This document shows positions 40,455 through 55,387 of a DNA stretch of 64,000 nucleotides, one piece after another. Under the pieces are notes generated by a model. The model did no database searches and was not told the origin of the DNA. It worked only from the letters and a program-made list of their open reading frames with translations. Source of the DNA: Eledone cirrhosa. Its lineage: Eukaryota. The DNA lies in NCBI GenBank assembly GCA_964016885.1, contig OZ024752.1, forward strand, positions 11,098,001 to 11,162,000, in the 5' to 3' direction. The position numbers and the translations under genes were made by a program. Positions within the stretch are counted from its first letter, which is position 1. The number at the start of each line of letters is the position of its first letter.

Positions 40455-40620
40455 CAAAGAGATATATAATTTGTTGGTAAGTCAACAAATATATATATTT
40501 ATAATAGATTCGAAGCCCTCGACAGAATTTCTGGAGTATAATATCAAGGACTATCCTGGTGAAACTTGAACCGTTAAGGTCTCATTCCTGGATATGTCAA
40601 TATTTATAAAACAAACTTTG

Positions 40621-40681
40621 TATTTTATCTGATGAGTGCGTACCAAAGTTTTGGTGCCCTTGAAATATATATAATAGAATA
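40621..40681 (+). ncRNA. Minimal hammerhead ribozyme (family J)
   Basis: Stem I tattttat/atagaata; CTGATGA 40629-40635; stem II gtaccaa/ttggtgc; GAAA 40662-40665; tatata; UA ending at 40673. Confidence 0.78.
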
Positions 40682-40852
40682 AATATGGTTTTATAAATAT
40701 AGTTTCCATTTATTAATATCATTGATATATATATATGAATCACTAGTGTGTAGTAATACGTCTGACTCAAGGAAGAAAAAAGACAATACAAATGACAATT
40801 TACACTCCAATCTGTCATTTGGCGGCCCGCGGGCCACAATCTGGCCCGGCAG

Positions 40853-41520
40853 TCTACTACAACTACTACTACTACAACCACTAGTACTAGTATTACCACT
40901 ACTACTACAACCGCTACGACTACTACTACTACTATCACTACTAGTACTACTACTACTACTACAACCACTACTACTATTACTACTACTACTCTCACTTCTA
41001 CTACGACCACTATCACTACTACTACCACTAACTACCACCACCATTCCTACTTCTACTATTCCTATTTCTACTATTACTACTGTTAGTTTTGCCACTACTA
41101 CTACTACCACCACCACCACCACTACCACCACTACTACTATGACCGCCATTACTATTCCTACTTCTACTATTACTGCTTCTACCACTACTGTTAGTTTTAA
41201 TACTACTACTACCACCACCACTACTACTACCCCCACTGCTACTACTACTTCTACTATTACTACTGTTAGTTTTACCACTACTACTACCACCACCACCACC
41301 ACCACCACTACCACTACCACCACTACTACTATGACCGCCATTACTATTCCTACTTCTACTATTACTGCTTCTACCACTACTGTTAGTTTTAATACTACTA
41401 CTACCACCACCACTACTACTACCCCTACTGCTACTACTACTTCTACTATTACTACTACCACTATCACTACTACTACCACCACCACTACTACCACTTCTAC
41501 TACTATTACTATGATCTACT
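40853..41520. repeat. (ACT/ACC)n compound tract with an internal duplication of about 190 bp
   Basis: atgaccgccattactattcctacttctac at 41139 and 41331. Confidence 0.92.
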
Positions 41521-41855
41521 TCATTATATAATTCCACACATACTCCTCTTTATATCCTCCACATAATACCGCTACCCAATAAAAGACATTCGTAGAATAT
41601 TTCGGAATGTCTATTGTATACTATTGGATAGACAGGAATATAAGACACCCAAGTAGTAAACCCTTTCCCCTTCAACATTCATTAACAGCCAGATATGTTT
41701 CAACCCCTCTCACCTACATACGCATTTCAGCTGGTCCCTTATCCTTTTATGCATTCTCTACAAGCAGCATGATACGAACTTCCATTTATTTTTGTTTTAT
41801 GTGGGTTTTTTTTAAATACTAAAGATAATTTTATTAAAGGAATATATCGTGAAAA

Positions 41856-42175
41856 TCATCATCATCATTTTACGTCCGCTTTCCCCTGCTTGCAACGGTG
41901 GGACGGGTCCTATTCAGCACAGCATCTCTCCATTTGTCACGGTCTTTCGTCATCTCCTCCGTGAGATTCAGCAATCTGAGGTCAGCTCTCACCACCTCCG
42001 CCCATGTTTTTCGTGGTCTTCCTCTACTGCGTCTTCCTTCTACTGGGATTTCTTGGCACTTCTTTACCCAACGATCATCCTCCATGCGCATCACATATCC
42101 ATACCATCGCAGTCTTCTCTCCCGCACACCACAACTTATCCCTCTTATACCCAGTTTCTTGCTCAAATCACCTAT
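41856..42175 (-). mobile_element. RTE-clade LINE 3' end with a (GAT)n tail
   Basis: LSKKLGIRGISCGVRERRLRWYGYVMRMEDDRWVKKCQEIPVEGRRSRGRPRKTWAEVVRADL...DRDKWR is a typical RTE C-terminus. Confidence 0.9.
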
Positions 42176-42345
42176 GCTTGGTCGTTCAAAAGAAGTACTT
42201 GGAACCTGTACTGCCGAGTTCCTCTGCAAGATCAGAACGGAACGTCGGTGGCTCCGTCTGAGGAAGGAGACCCACGAGGTGGTTGTCTGTTGCACCGGTT
42301 GTCGCTGGCTATTGTCCACGGGGTGCAGCTCCCTTACCACCTCAC
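42176..42345 (+). mobile_element. CRE-like RLE C-terminal fragment
   Basis: EVLGTCTAEFLCKI then, frameshifted, GDPRGGCLLHRLSLAIVHG; parallels the 20988 ORF. Confidence 0.55.
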
Positions 42346-42759
42346 CCAGAGCTCAATCATCCTCTCCCTCCCCATTCTTGTATGACACTAGAATCGTTGC
42401 CTTTCCCTCCCTTTTTATGCTTTTTTTTCTATCCCCTTTTTTCTTTATATATCCCTACTTTACATTCCATAGTTCCAAATTCTATCAGCAAACCCTCCTA
42501 CCACTCTCTTTCCCCTATACACTTTTTGAATTGTTCATTTGCTCATCCATTTCCTTTATCCCGATACATTCCAGGCTCCTGCATTGCTGAATAGCTAATT
42601 GACATGGCTGAGTGTAAAAATGAATAGATTGGGTGGGATTCACACGCCTTCATCTCCATATTCCATGATCTTCAACGCTGCTACATCTTTCAGTACACAT
42701 CCTCTCATACTTTCTGCTGTTTTATCTTCGTCAATATAACGTATATTTCACTATCAGTA

Positions 42760-43278
42760 CCCCCCCCCCTCTCTCTCTCTCTCTCGCTTTCTCTTTCTTT
42801 CGTTCTCACTCTTCTTTCTTTTCTCTTTTATTCTCTTTCTCTTTCTCTCCCTCTCTCCCTTTCCCTCTCTCTCTCGTTCTTTTTTCCTTCGCTCTCTCTC
42901 GTTCTTTTTTCTCTCGCTCTCTCGTTCTTTTTTCTCTCTTTCTTTTCTCTATCTTTCTCCCTTTTTTCTCTCTCTTTCTCTCTTTTTTCTCTCTCTTTCT
43001 CCCTTTCTTTTCTATCTTTTTCCCTTTGTTTTCTATCTTTCTCCCTTTCTTTTCTATCTCTCGCCCTTTCTTTTCTATCTCTCTCCCTTTCTTTTCTATC
43101 TCTCTCCCTTTCTTTTTTATCTTTCTCCCTTTCTTTTCTCTCTTTCTTTCTCTCTCTCTCTCTTTCTTTCTCTCTCTCTCTCTCTTTCTCTCTCTTTCTT
43201 TCTCTCTCTCTCTTTTTCTCTCTCTCTCTCTTTCTTTCTCTTTCTTTCTTTCTCTTTCTCTTCTCTCTTCTCTCTCTT
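42760..43278. repeat. Polypyrimidine (CT-rich) tract
   Basis: Direct reading. Confidence 0.95.
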
Positions 43279-43339
43279 ACAGACTTATATATGTGTACAG
43301 AGATAGTAGGCTATACATATATATACATATTTTAAATAA

Positions 43340-43376
<37 letters not shown>

Positions 43377-43619
43377 CTACTTTTCGCCGTATCTGTCGTT
43401 GCTCGTACAAAGCCTTGAAGGATGTTACCTTGTCATATCCAAGTCAGTATATCCATTTTTCAACTTTGGTACATGTTTCAATCATCTACCTTTATCGATC
43501 TGGTGCATCCAATAGTTTGCAAAACTGATCGATATGTTTCACAACTGTACATAAATTAACTTTTCACCATCAGAATTCTTGACAAAAAGGGATGCTGATG
43601 TATAGGGTTAAAAAAAAAC

Positions 43620-43885
43620 ACTACACATACTCACACTCACACACACACTCTCACACACACACAGACACACCCACTCACTCTCACACTCACTCTCACTCAC
43701 ATGCTCTCACACACTCTCACACTCTTACACACACGCAACGCACACAGTCACTCACTCACTCACGCACCCACCACGCACGCACGCACGCACACACGCACCC
43801 ACACAGTCACCCATCCACACACCACGCACGAACGCACGCACTCAACGCACGAACACACTCAACGTACACACACACACACACACAT
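43620..43885. repeat. CA-rich degenerate microsatellite
   Basis: Direct reading. Confidence 0.92.
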
Positions 43886-44042
43886 GATTGAATGAGATAC
43901 TTGTTTATATATATATATATATACACACACACACATGTGTCTGTGTGTACACATACATACGTAATAGTATCTAAAACTTCACAAATACCATTCTGAGTTC
44001 CACGTTTCATTTCATAGCTGGGCCTCATATTTGTCTATAATA

Positions 44043-44229
44043 TAATTGTTTCTACTTTTGGCACAAGGCCAGCAATTATCCAGTACATTACTGGTACTTG
44101 ATTTTATCCACCCCGTAAGGTTGAAAGGCAAAGTTAACCTCCGCGGGATTTGGACTCAGAATGGCAAGGGGCTTAACTCTATGCGCCAAAGTATGGCGTC
44201 CGACCCTCTACCGATACTGCTAATCCACC
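44043..44229 (-). mobile_element. tRNA-derived SINE, full length
   Basis: Reverse complement of the consensus. Confidence 0.93.
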
Positions 44230-46593
44230 GAAGATATAATGAAAATGGGAAATTGTCCTGCACTTTCTTTTCAAATAATCTTAGCGAAGTTTTATGGTTG
44301 AATGGTTAAGTTGTTCGCTTTACAATCACGTGTAGCATTGCTTGTGTGGGTAAAACTAGATAGACGGAAATTTGTGCGGAATATCTTTTGCGAGTTAGGA
44401 TTAATCCATAACGTTGTTAGATGGCACCACCTGCATCTTGCCTTCCTTTACTTGACTCTAGACTGTTCCTAGCAAACAACTCGAGTTTCTGGCTTGTAGA
44501 CAAAAAAAAAAATCTACGTGATTTTGTATTTTCTACATCAGTTTTCACACATCAAAAACTGACCATTATAAACACCATTTCCACCTCAGTGTCGCCGTTT
44601 TTTAAGACTCTGTTTAGTTGATCCATTTCTTTGAGTCCTGATGAAGACAGCTTCTTTTTGTTTGTTTTTACAGTCATTGTATATTTTTGACAAAGATAAG
44701 GGTTGATATAATTGACTGATTAAATTTCCAATTAATATAGTTAACGAAAACAAATTATGAATAAAATTTAATTAGATGGTTATTACGAATTACGTTACTG
44801 CAACAATAATTAATCTATATTCATTGACAGTATGGTTTTAATTCATAAAATTATTACAATAAACTCGGTAGCAAATGGCGTTCCTGCTATTCCAATGTTT
44901 TCATAGTTCTTTAAAGTAATTTAAATTAGGTGCTAAACTCTTTAATCCGTACACATGAGAAAAATATCAAATAAATTAGTTCAGGTGTTAACAGTGTAAA
45001 TGCAACACAGTTCTATTGAACACTAACGCAAATTCTGAATCCAATTAATTAATTTGATAAAAATATATATGAGAAACCTTTAGGAAAAGTGGAGTGACAG
45101 CAACATGTTCAATTACATGTAGCGCTAGCTAGTTAAAAATAAAGAGATAAAGATATAAAATATAATTGAGTGTAAACATCTGAATATCTGTAATTTAATA
45201 AAGAGCGAGAGTATTAATGAATTTCTATTGAAGAGAGAACGTTACTTCATAGATTGTCCGGTGCTGAAACTACTCAAACAGCTTGTTGAAACTATCTTAC
45301 TGACAGCTCACGTAGTCAAAATTCAATAACTTTGTGTACCGTAAGAAACTGGTTCTTATTGTTTTGGCTACATATTTAATTCATTTTATATAAGATAACA
45401 GCATGACTCTCAAAGAAGCATACCATAGCTTGAAGCTCTATAGCTCTGTTAAGTACTAGGAATAATTTAGCTGATGTCATAAACAATGACACCATAAACA
45501 AACCTATTCCAACCATGACCTCACCTTAACGTTTTCTAACATATAATATATCCAGGTATATCTTCACATGGTATCAGTTAGTCAGTCATTATTGCAAACA
45601 TTCGATAAAGTCAAATGATATTTAATCTCTAATCATTTGTTTAAGAATTTAATAGACGGAAACTGTGCAGATGCCTGTCAGAAATACGTGGTAATATGGG
45701 ACCAAGTCTTGTGTGGCCAAGTGTAAAGAAAAGTAACAAACAAATTCTCCCCAATAAATTAAGGACGAAAGCATTAGACTCAGACAAACATAGAAATCGC
45801 GGGTATTATGGCCGGATGTCTTCTATCATAGTTATAACAATAAAACAATGGTATGCCCCGTTTCCCTTCTCTTCATTGTTGTGGTATAGTCCTAAATCAG
45901 TTTTGATGGAGCAGATCTACTCTACCATAAGTAGAAAATCGTTTTTAATTATATTTCGTTATAAACAATTTGTAGAGCTACTCTAATATAAAAACATAGA
46001 AGATATTTATGTTTTTTATATTAGAGTAGCTCTACAAGATCTGATCATGGGTATCAGAACCTCTTTTATGCTGTCAAGCTTATCGAACATTAATCTACAA
46101 TTGAAACGATCTGTAGCTTATTGGGCTAGCAGGGTATTGTTAAAATTAACTACCAAATTTCCCTTAAATCATACCCTAGAGTTTCTTACTGAAAAGTAGG
46201 TAGATATAACAAAACGTAATACCGGAAGTACACATAAGACAGCGGAGTATCTGACATACAAACATTACCGGATGTTGACGTCAGGAACACATTTTACCAT
46301 TTGTCTTCTCAATCACAGTTGTCCGCAAACTAGATAACGATTGTGGCCTATACTTAAAACAAGTAACTTTCGAATAGTAGTCAAATCTTCCCAACTCGAT
46401 AAAATGTTTCATTTTATTTTCTAAATACACACAGGGAAATTCCTGCGACAGATTAATATAAACTTGTAATCCTATTCTATTATTATCTCAATCTCTCCCT
46501 TGCATATCCCTAAATAATACAGATATCAAAACTAATAAAACTCTGGGCTCAATGACTCCGGATAAGTTGTAGCTTTCAATTATTTAGATGAAC

Positions 46594-46985
46594 CGTGGAT
46601 TAGCAGTATCGGTAGAGGGGCGGACGCCATGCCCTGCAGCACGGACTTACGTCCCCTTACGGTCTGAGTTGAAAACCCGCCGTGGTTAACTTTGCTTTCC
46701 ATCCTTACGGGGTCGATAAAATAAAGTATCAGTAACGCACTGGGATAATTGCTGGCCTTGTGCCAAACGTAGAAACAATTACTTGGTATAGTGCTGTGGT
46801 TTGGCAGTATCGGTAGAGCGTCAGACACCATAGTTTGCAGCATAGTTATAACCCTTTACGTTCTGAGTTCAAATCCCGCCGGGGTTAACTTTGCCTTTCA
46901 TCCTTACATAAATGGGGGGGGGTCCATAAAATAAATCCCCAGTAATGCATTGGGATAATTGCTGGCCTTGTGCCAAAAGAAGAAA
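46594..46985 (+). mobile_element. Head-to-tail SINE dimer enclosed by one 17-bp direct repeat
   Basis: Monomers 46594-46781 and about 46796-46990; CAATTATTTAGATGAAC at 46577-46593 and 46986-47002. Confidence 0.9.
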
Positions 46986-47549
46986 CAATTATTTAGATGA
47001 ACAATACAGCGTCTCTCTATATCCATCACTCACTTCAGAGCGATAAAGTGCTAACATATCCAATGTTTAATCCTTTGATCCGAACCATGACTGTCCTAGA
47101 TTAGGATCCTATTGGTATATGACCTGAAGGGCAGATTTTGTCTATTATACAGAAATATTCCTGATACAGATTGAGATGGAGCGAGTATCTACTGGTGTGA
47201 ACACTGTCGAGCGGATTACAATAGATTGGATACACGGCAGTCTAGCACAGAGAAGAGCGCATCTCTCGCCGTCACTAAATTATTGTGCCGAAAACCGAAA
47301 ACCCAAGATGCTGGATTTCAAGATGGTTTGGGAGTGATTATCGCAATCGATCATCTCCTAAAACAACTCACACGGAGGCGTTCTATTTATAGACTATATC
47401 GATGTAGAATTATCGATTTCTCCAAATGGCATAGTGCCATAAACTCATACAGAATGTGTATATTTTATTAGTTATTTTACTGGCAGCAGAAGTTCGAATG
47501 GGTTTCTAGTCAACGAGGGAAAATCAAAACAGAACAATAGTGTATTTGG

Positions 47550-47876
47550 CGGTGGATTAGCAGTATCGGTCGGTAGAGCGCCAGGCACCATGCTTTCCGG
47601 CATAGAGTAACATCTCTTTACGGTTTGAGTTCAAACCCCCGCCGAGGTTAACTTTGCCTTTCATCCCACATTATATTATAGTTGGATGGGGGTGGATTGG
47701 CAGTATCGGTAGAGGGTCGAACGCCTTGCTTTGACGCATAGTTACGGCCCTTGCCATTCTGAGTTCAAATCTCGCCGAGGTTAACTTTGCCTTTCATCCT
47801 TACGGGGTCGATAAAATAAAGTACCAGTAATGTACTGGGATAATTGCTGGCCTTGTGCCAAAAGTAGAAACAATTA
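47550..47876 (+). mobile_element. Two adjacent tRNA-SINE copies (first 3' truncated)
   Basis: 47550-47667 and 47691-47876. Confidence 0.92.
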
Positions 47877-48955
47877 TATATACTATTCTTAGATGCACTG
47901 TTTGAAATACATAACATGGTTGTTCACGTTTTCGACACACATGAGTATTGGCCTGTTATGTCAAAAAGAACCTTGAGTCAAACAACGTAAATTGATATTG
48001 CACTTTGCACATGAATGTGTAGCGATTAATTTCGTTTTTAACATTTGCTTAATCACTTGAAGCGATTTCATTTCACCAACGCTACGAATACTCCTGAGAA
48101 ATACCTGAACATCTTGTAATTTTATTTTCTATTTCTATGAATTAGCGAATTTGTTTTAAGGAGGACATACATTACACACTCCGTTTTCATTGAGCATCAA
48201 TTTACATGGATACAATTTGGTACAAAATATGTGTTCATTGTGTTGCTTTTGTTGTTAATCCCCCAATTATGCTTGGAGTAGACCTATTATCGGGGAAGTT
48301 CCAGTCCTGACGATCAAATCCCATTTATCCAGTGGTTCCTGCCTTTCCGAATATAGTAGGATATAATATACGGGATATTTAGCTGCTATTTCTAGCTGCT
48401 CACGTGCCCAAATGACAAAGTAGATGTTCCTACGTTGTGTACAATACAAAACGAATAAAATATTAAGCATAAAATGTTTTCGGTTTAGCCATTAACGCTA
48501 GAACAAGACTAATAACGGGAAAGATCTTGGTAGACACTTTACCGTTTTCGAAACCTGTACGCCGTAACTCAACCTTCAGAAAATACCAATCAAATTTCCC
48601 TGAAAATATTGCCTACTGTCTGAAGAGGTGGTGCCTTTATCTACATTGGGCACTTTAGTCTTAGATACATATTGTTTGGACAAAAATAATATCGTATTTT
48701 GTTGATTTATGAAACGTTAACGAAACTTCGGGAAGTTCAACATTATGGAAATGCCTTTGCGGTCTTGTCCGCAGGACGTAGCCCCAATACCAACGCTCCT
48801 TAGCCCTAGGGCCCGTTACTTTCCCCCTGCCCTTCTCTTCATTTTTCGTTTTTAAATATCCGTATTATTGTTGTTATTTGAAATAGCTTTGTTTATGACT
48901 TCTTTTTGATTTTTATTAAAATGTAGAAACATATTTGACGATTATAATTAATAGA

Positions 48956-49071
48956 TGAGTTCAAATCCCGCCGAGGTTAACTTTGCCTTTCATCCTTACG
49001 AGGTCGATAAAATAAAGTACCAGTAATGTACTGGACAATTGCTGGCCTTGTGCTAAAAGTAGAAACAATAA
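48956..49071 (+). mobile_element. tRNA-derived SINE, 5' truncated
   Basis: Consensus match. Confidence 0.9.
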
Positions 49072-49239
49072 TTTGCAGATGATGTTGACTTCAATCAACG
49101 TGGGCCATTCTCGCGGCTTTTTTTTTTCTGTCTCCGGGGTTTCTTTTAACGGCCTATAAAACTACGATTTCTAGTTATCCTATACTTAAATAGATAATAC
49201 AAAATCCCTTATAGTTAACTATTATTTATAGTTATCTGC

Positions 49240-49420
49240 GGTGGATTGGCAGTATCGGTAGAGAGTCGGACGCCATACTTTCCAGCATAGTTACGTCCCT
49301 TTACGTCTGAGTTCAAATCCCGCCGAGGTTGACTTTGCCTTTCATCCTTATGGGTCGATATAATAAAGTACCAGTAATGCACTGGGTAATTGCTGGCCTT
49401 GTGCCTAAAGTAGAAACAAT
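49240..49420 (+). mobile_element. tRNA-derived SINE, full length, 19-bp TSD ATTATTTATAGTTATCTGC
   Basis: TSD at 49221-49239 and 49419-49437. Confidence 0.95.
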
Positions 49421-50579
49421 TATTTATAGTTATCTGCATTTTGGTGTTAATTTGCAAAACTCTTAATGGTTTTGCAAAATACAGTATGATTTATAATGCA
49501 ACTAAGATTAATCGTCAAATATTTATCACCTTGATATATCCAAGTTTATCCAACTAATGATATCGGCGTGATCAATTTTCATCTTGGTTATATAGAGATC
49601 AATGGTCGCAGAGAAGGTGTTAAAAGCGTGGCCCTAGTGTTTAGGTTGTTGGATGAGGTACAATATTGTTGGCTTAGAAAAATAGATAGATCGACAGACA
49701 CAGTCAGAGAGAGAATAGGAGAGAGCGTTAAAAACAGGTGAAAATAGGAACGAAGCAGAATGGTAAAAGAAAAGAAAAACTTGAAGCTGAAACACTATAA
49801 AAGAAGGGAAGTAAAATGTAGGAAAACGAAACTAATGGGAAGGGTTAGATAAATGACTGAATGCTTGGGTTATAAAGGCGGACAGAAAAATGACAGAGGA
49901 GATGAGAGAAGATATCGGAAAATGATAAAAGACGGGGAAGCTGAACACAGAATGTTTATAGAGAGAGAGAGGCTTAAAATATACATCATTAATTAATGAT
50001 ACAGTAGATGACAAAATGAAAACACATTACGGAAACAAATCTATAACAACAACACACTAACAGGGAGAAAAAGAGATGCGAAGAGATAATGTGTACAGAC
50101 AAGCCTTGTTAAAAACATCATATGAGAACTGTCTTGGAAATATAAAAAAAAATGTAGATATAATTAGTTGTCAATCAGACGTAACGGATAATACGACTAT
50201 AAATACATGTCTCATTATATGAAAACTATATATATATAAACGGAAAAAAATGAAACGAAATTTCATTTCCCTCTCTTAGTACGGCTGTTACTTAAATATA
50301 AGTATGTATACGTACATACATATATGTATACAGACGTACAGTAGTATGTATATATATATACATACATGCACACATATATATATGTATGTATGGATTCACC
50401 GAACATTTATTATAATGCTCGGTGTGTTTGTAAACAAACATCCCGTATTAAGCCGTAGTGTCTAGCAACCATCGTTGCTTATAGAAATATATATATAATG
50501 TATGTATGTATGAATGTATATTGTACACACACACACACACACAGACACAGACACAGACACACACACACGCACACATATA

Positions 50580-50746
50580 TGAAAATGAGTTGTTTTTTGT
50601 AAAGAGATGTCTACGCGGGTGAAAGTTTAAGGAAAAGAAATTGAAAATGCAACTAAAGTCTTTTAAGAATATTTATTTGTTTCGTTTACCGGTTTCACAG
50701 TACTTATGATATTCAAAAGTAAAACTGGGATGGAGTGGAGGGTTTG

Positions 50747-50748
<2 letters not shown>
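50580..50748 (-). mobile_element. Family D element copy
   Basis: Minus strand tacttTTGAATAtcataagtactgtGAAAccggTAaacg; homologous to 29213-29365. Confidence 0.75.
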
Positions 50749-50804
<56 letters not shown>

Positions 50805-50808
<4 letters not shown>

Positions 50809-51008
50809 AGTTTAATATAGAAATGGCGTCTACGGGACTAGAACTGTTTCATTAAAAAAAATAATCTGGAAATACCCGATGATTTATTTTTAATGAAACA
50901 TTTCTAGACCTGTAGAAGCCATTTCTATATTAAACTTGATGTTTACACTCTATTAACGTATTGAGTACTTACTAACACTGGTTACCCCCGATAGAACCCG
51001 GGACTCAG
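50805..51008 (+). mobile_element. Family A element with inverted repeat 50805-50940 and 3' tail
   Basis: cCCGATGAtttatttttaatGAAAcatttctagacctgTAgaagcc (decayed core); tail actctattaacgtattgagtac...ggttacccccgatagaacccggg. Confidence 0.8.
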
Positions 51009-51113
51009 ACACACACACGTTTCAGAAGATCCCGGAATATGGAGAAAGCAGTGATTCTTTGTTTAAACTGTGATCTGTTCTAATAATAAATACTTGCACT
51101 ACGAGTTATATAT

Positions 51114-51204
<91 letters not shown>

Positions 51205-51467
51205 TCGTAGTGCAAGTATATGTATCTATATATATATATATATATGTGTGTGTATATATATATATATATATATAAAACTCGTAGTGCAAGTATATGTATC
51301 TATATATATATATATATATTTATGTATATATATATACGTTTAAATAGCTTGACAAATTGAAAATAGGCAATGTTATTACACTAAGGACCTACACTTATTG
51401 AGTGGTTTGCTACTCATTCCTTATTGTAGTATTTTACAGGTTCCAAGTCCTTCTACTCACGTCTTAT

Positions 51468-51534
<67 letters not shown>

Positions 51535-52082
51535 GTCTCCTGCTCAACAAGGAAGATGAAAAAACTTACCTCAACACTTCATTTTAAATTTATAATTTTT
51601 AGTTTTTCATGATTTATTACTTTAACGTTTTACATAGTAAAGAGAAAAGAAACTTTGACGTGTCGGTATTTAGCCCTTCTTCATGTGTATGAAAAATAGA
51701 CACGAGATTACGAAGGATAGACACGGAAAATAAAAGGTAGTTGGTAGTATAGAAAACTAATATGCGAGAAAACAAGACAGACCGTTGGGTAGTCTTGGTA
51801 ACTATTTGGGAATGAAAAATGAAATGTGTGTGTATTAGTATCGATAGTATGTGTGAGTGTATGTTGAAACATGTGTTCTTTTAACCGTTTATTGTATAAA
51901 GTATCGAGGTTTGTGAGTGTTACGCGTTTCACCATGTGGTGTGTGTTTGTGGATTTTTATGTGTGAGTGCATAATTGAAATTCAATTATACAGTCAAAAA
52001 TATTGAAAATAAATCGAGTATTTCCTGCTGATCTCTCTTCAACGAAACAGTTCTAGTCCCGTATACGCCATTTCTATATTAA

Positions 52083-52131
<49 letters not shown>

Positions 52132-52133
<2 letters not shown>

Positions 52134-52556
52134 AGGGCGGGTAAAATTCCCGAGATCCATAGAGGAGTTCTCTCCAGCGGTCTCTGTCCCTCATTATCGC
52201 TGCCATGTCCTGCTTCTCCAACAGACCAGTGGCTGTCTTTAGGGCATCAACATACGTTAACCTTGGTCTTCCTCTTCCAGTGTGTATATGTAGGGGCTCC
52301 CACAGGAGCACTGAGTGCAATGTTGACTCTGGATGTCGGTGAGCATGTCCAGCTAACCTCAGTCTCCTCTGTGTCACTTTTGAGCTGACTTTTGGGAGGC
52401 GCCCATATAGCTCTGAGTTTTTCATCCTCAGTGTATACTGATTAATGTTCAGAGCCATCCTCAGCATTCTCGTGTAGGACCCATCCACCATCTGAGTGAG
52501 TTTCTTGGTCAGTGTCCAAGTCTCAGACCCGTACAGCATCACAGACTCCACTACAG

Positions 52557-52558
<2 letters not shown>
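52132..52558 (-). mobile_element. RTE-group LINE 3' fragment with an uninterrupted reading frame, embedded in (TA)n
   Basis: [19 protein letters not shown]...[11 protein letters not shown]...[10 protein letters not shown]...LLWEP....[11 protein letters not shown]...DR..WR; the stop codon abuts (TA)n. Confidence 0.92.
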
Positions 52559-54367
<1,809 letters not shown>

Positions 54368-54596
54368 GAAAATAGAGAAATTAATGTGAGCAAGAAGCCA
54401 ACAGTAATTTAGACTATTACGTCAAGATGGAAAATATTTAACGTAAGATATGGGAAAATAATTCAATCCCAATTCCAAAAAAAAGTCAAGAGAAAGATTT
54501 TATGCACATATTTTGTGTAATCCGGGGAAAAAAACCAATAGAATCTTAATTCAATATATATATTTATATATAACACAATATATATATATATATAAC

Positions 54597-54723
<127 letters not shown>

Positions 54724-55043
54724 GTATATATAACACAATATAAACCTCAACATACATATGTATGTTGAGGTTTATATTGTATTCGTGTAAAATATCTCTA
54801 ATTTGTATGTAAGAGAATATGTTTGTTTTAACGAGTTTGTGACATATGATAGAGGAAGTAAGTTTAGCGTGTGTCTGAGAATATATTGTAGAGTAGATTA
54901 TAGAAAGATGAGTGAGGCATTAAGGCCAATATATATACAGGGTCTCACCCCAAAATGTATACACACTCCAACACCGTTCTACTAAATATTGTCTGTACAG
55001 ATAATCAAAGTGTGTATACATTTTTGGGATTACCCTATATATA

Positions 55044-55138
<95 letters not shown>

Positions 55139-55139
<1 letters not shown>

Positions 55140-55355
55140 TTCAGGACCCCGGCGGCTGACCTCCAGACGTTTCGACAGGTACATCCGAGTACATATGTAG
55201 CTGTCGAAATGACCGGAGCTCAGCCGTCGGGGTCCTGAATCTGTTCATATTACCCACTCTACTACCCCAAGTATCGAGTACTCTGGTGCGTCAGAGTCCA
55301 TCCAGTAGCGTCAGGGACCACCTGGTATTGTAACACATTTTTTTTTGTTATATAA

Positions 55356-55387
<32 letters not shown>

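Noticed and set aside
40821-40850. ggcggcccgcgggccacaatctggcccg, resembling a hAT MITE subterminal motif; also weak hAT-like ends at 19190-19355 and 61864
   Set aside because: No matching second TIR or TSD could be established
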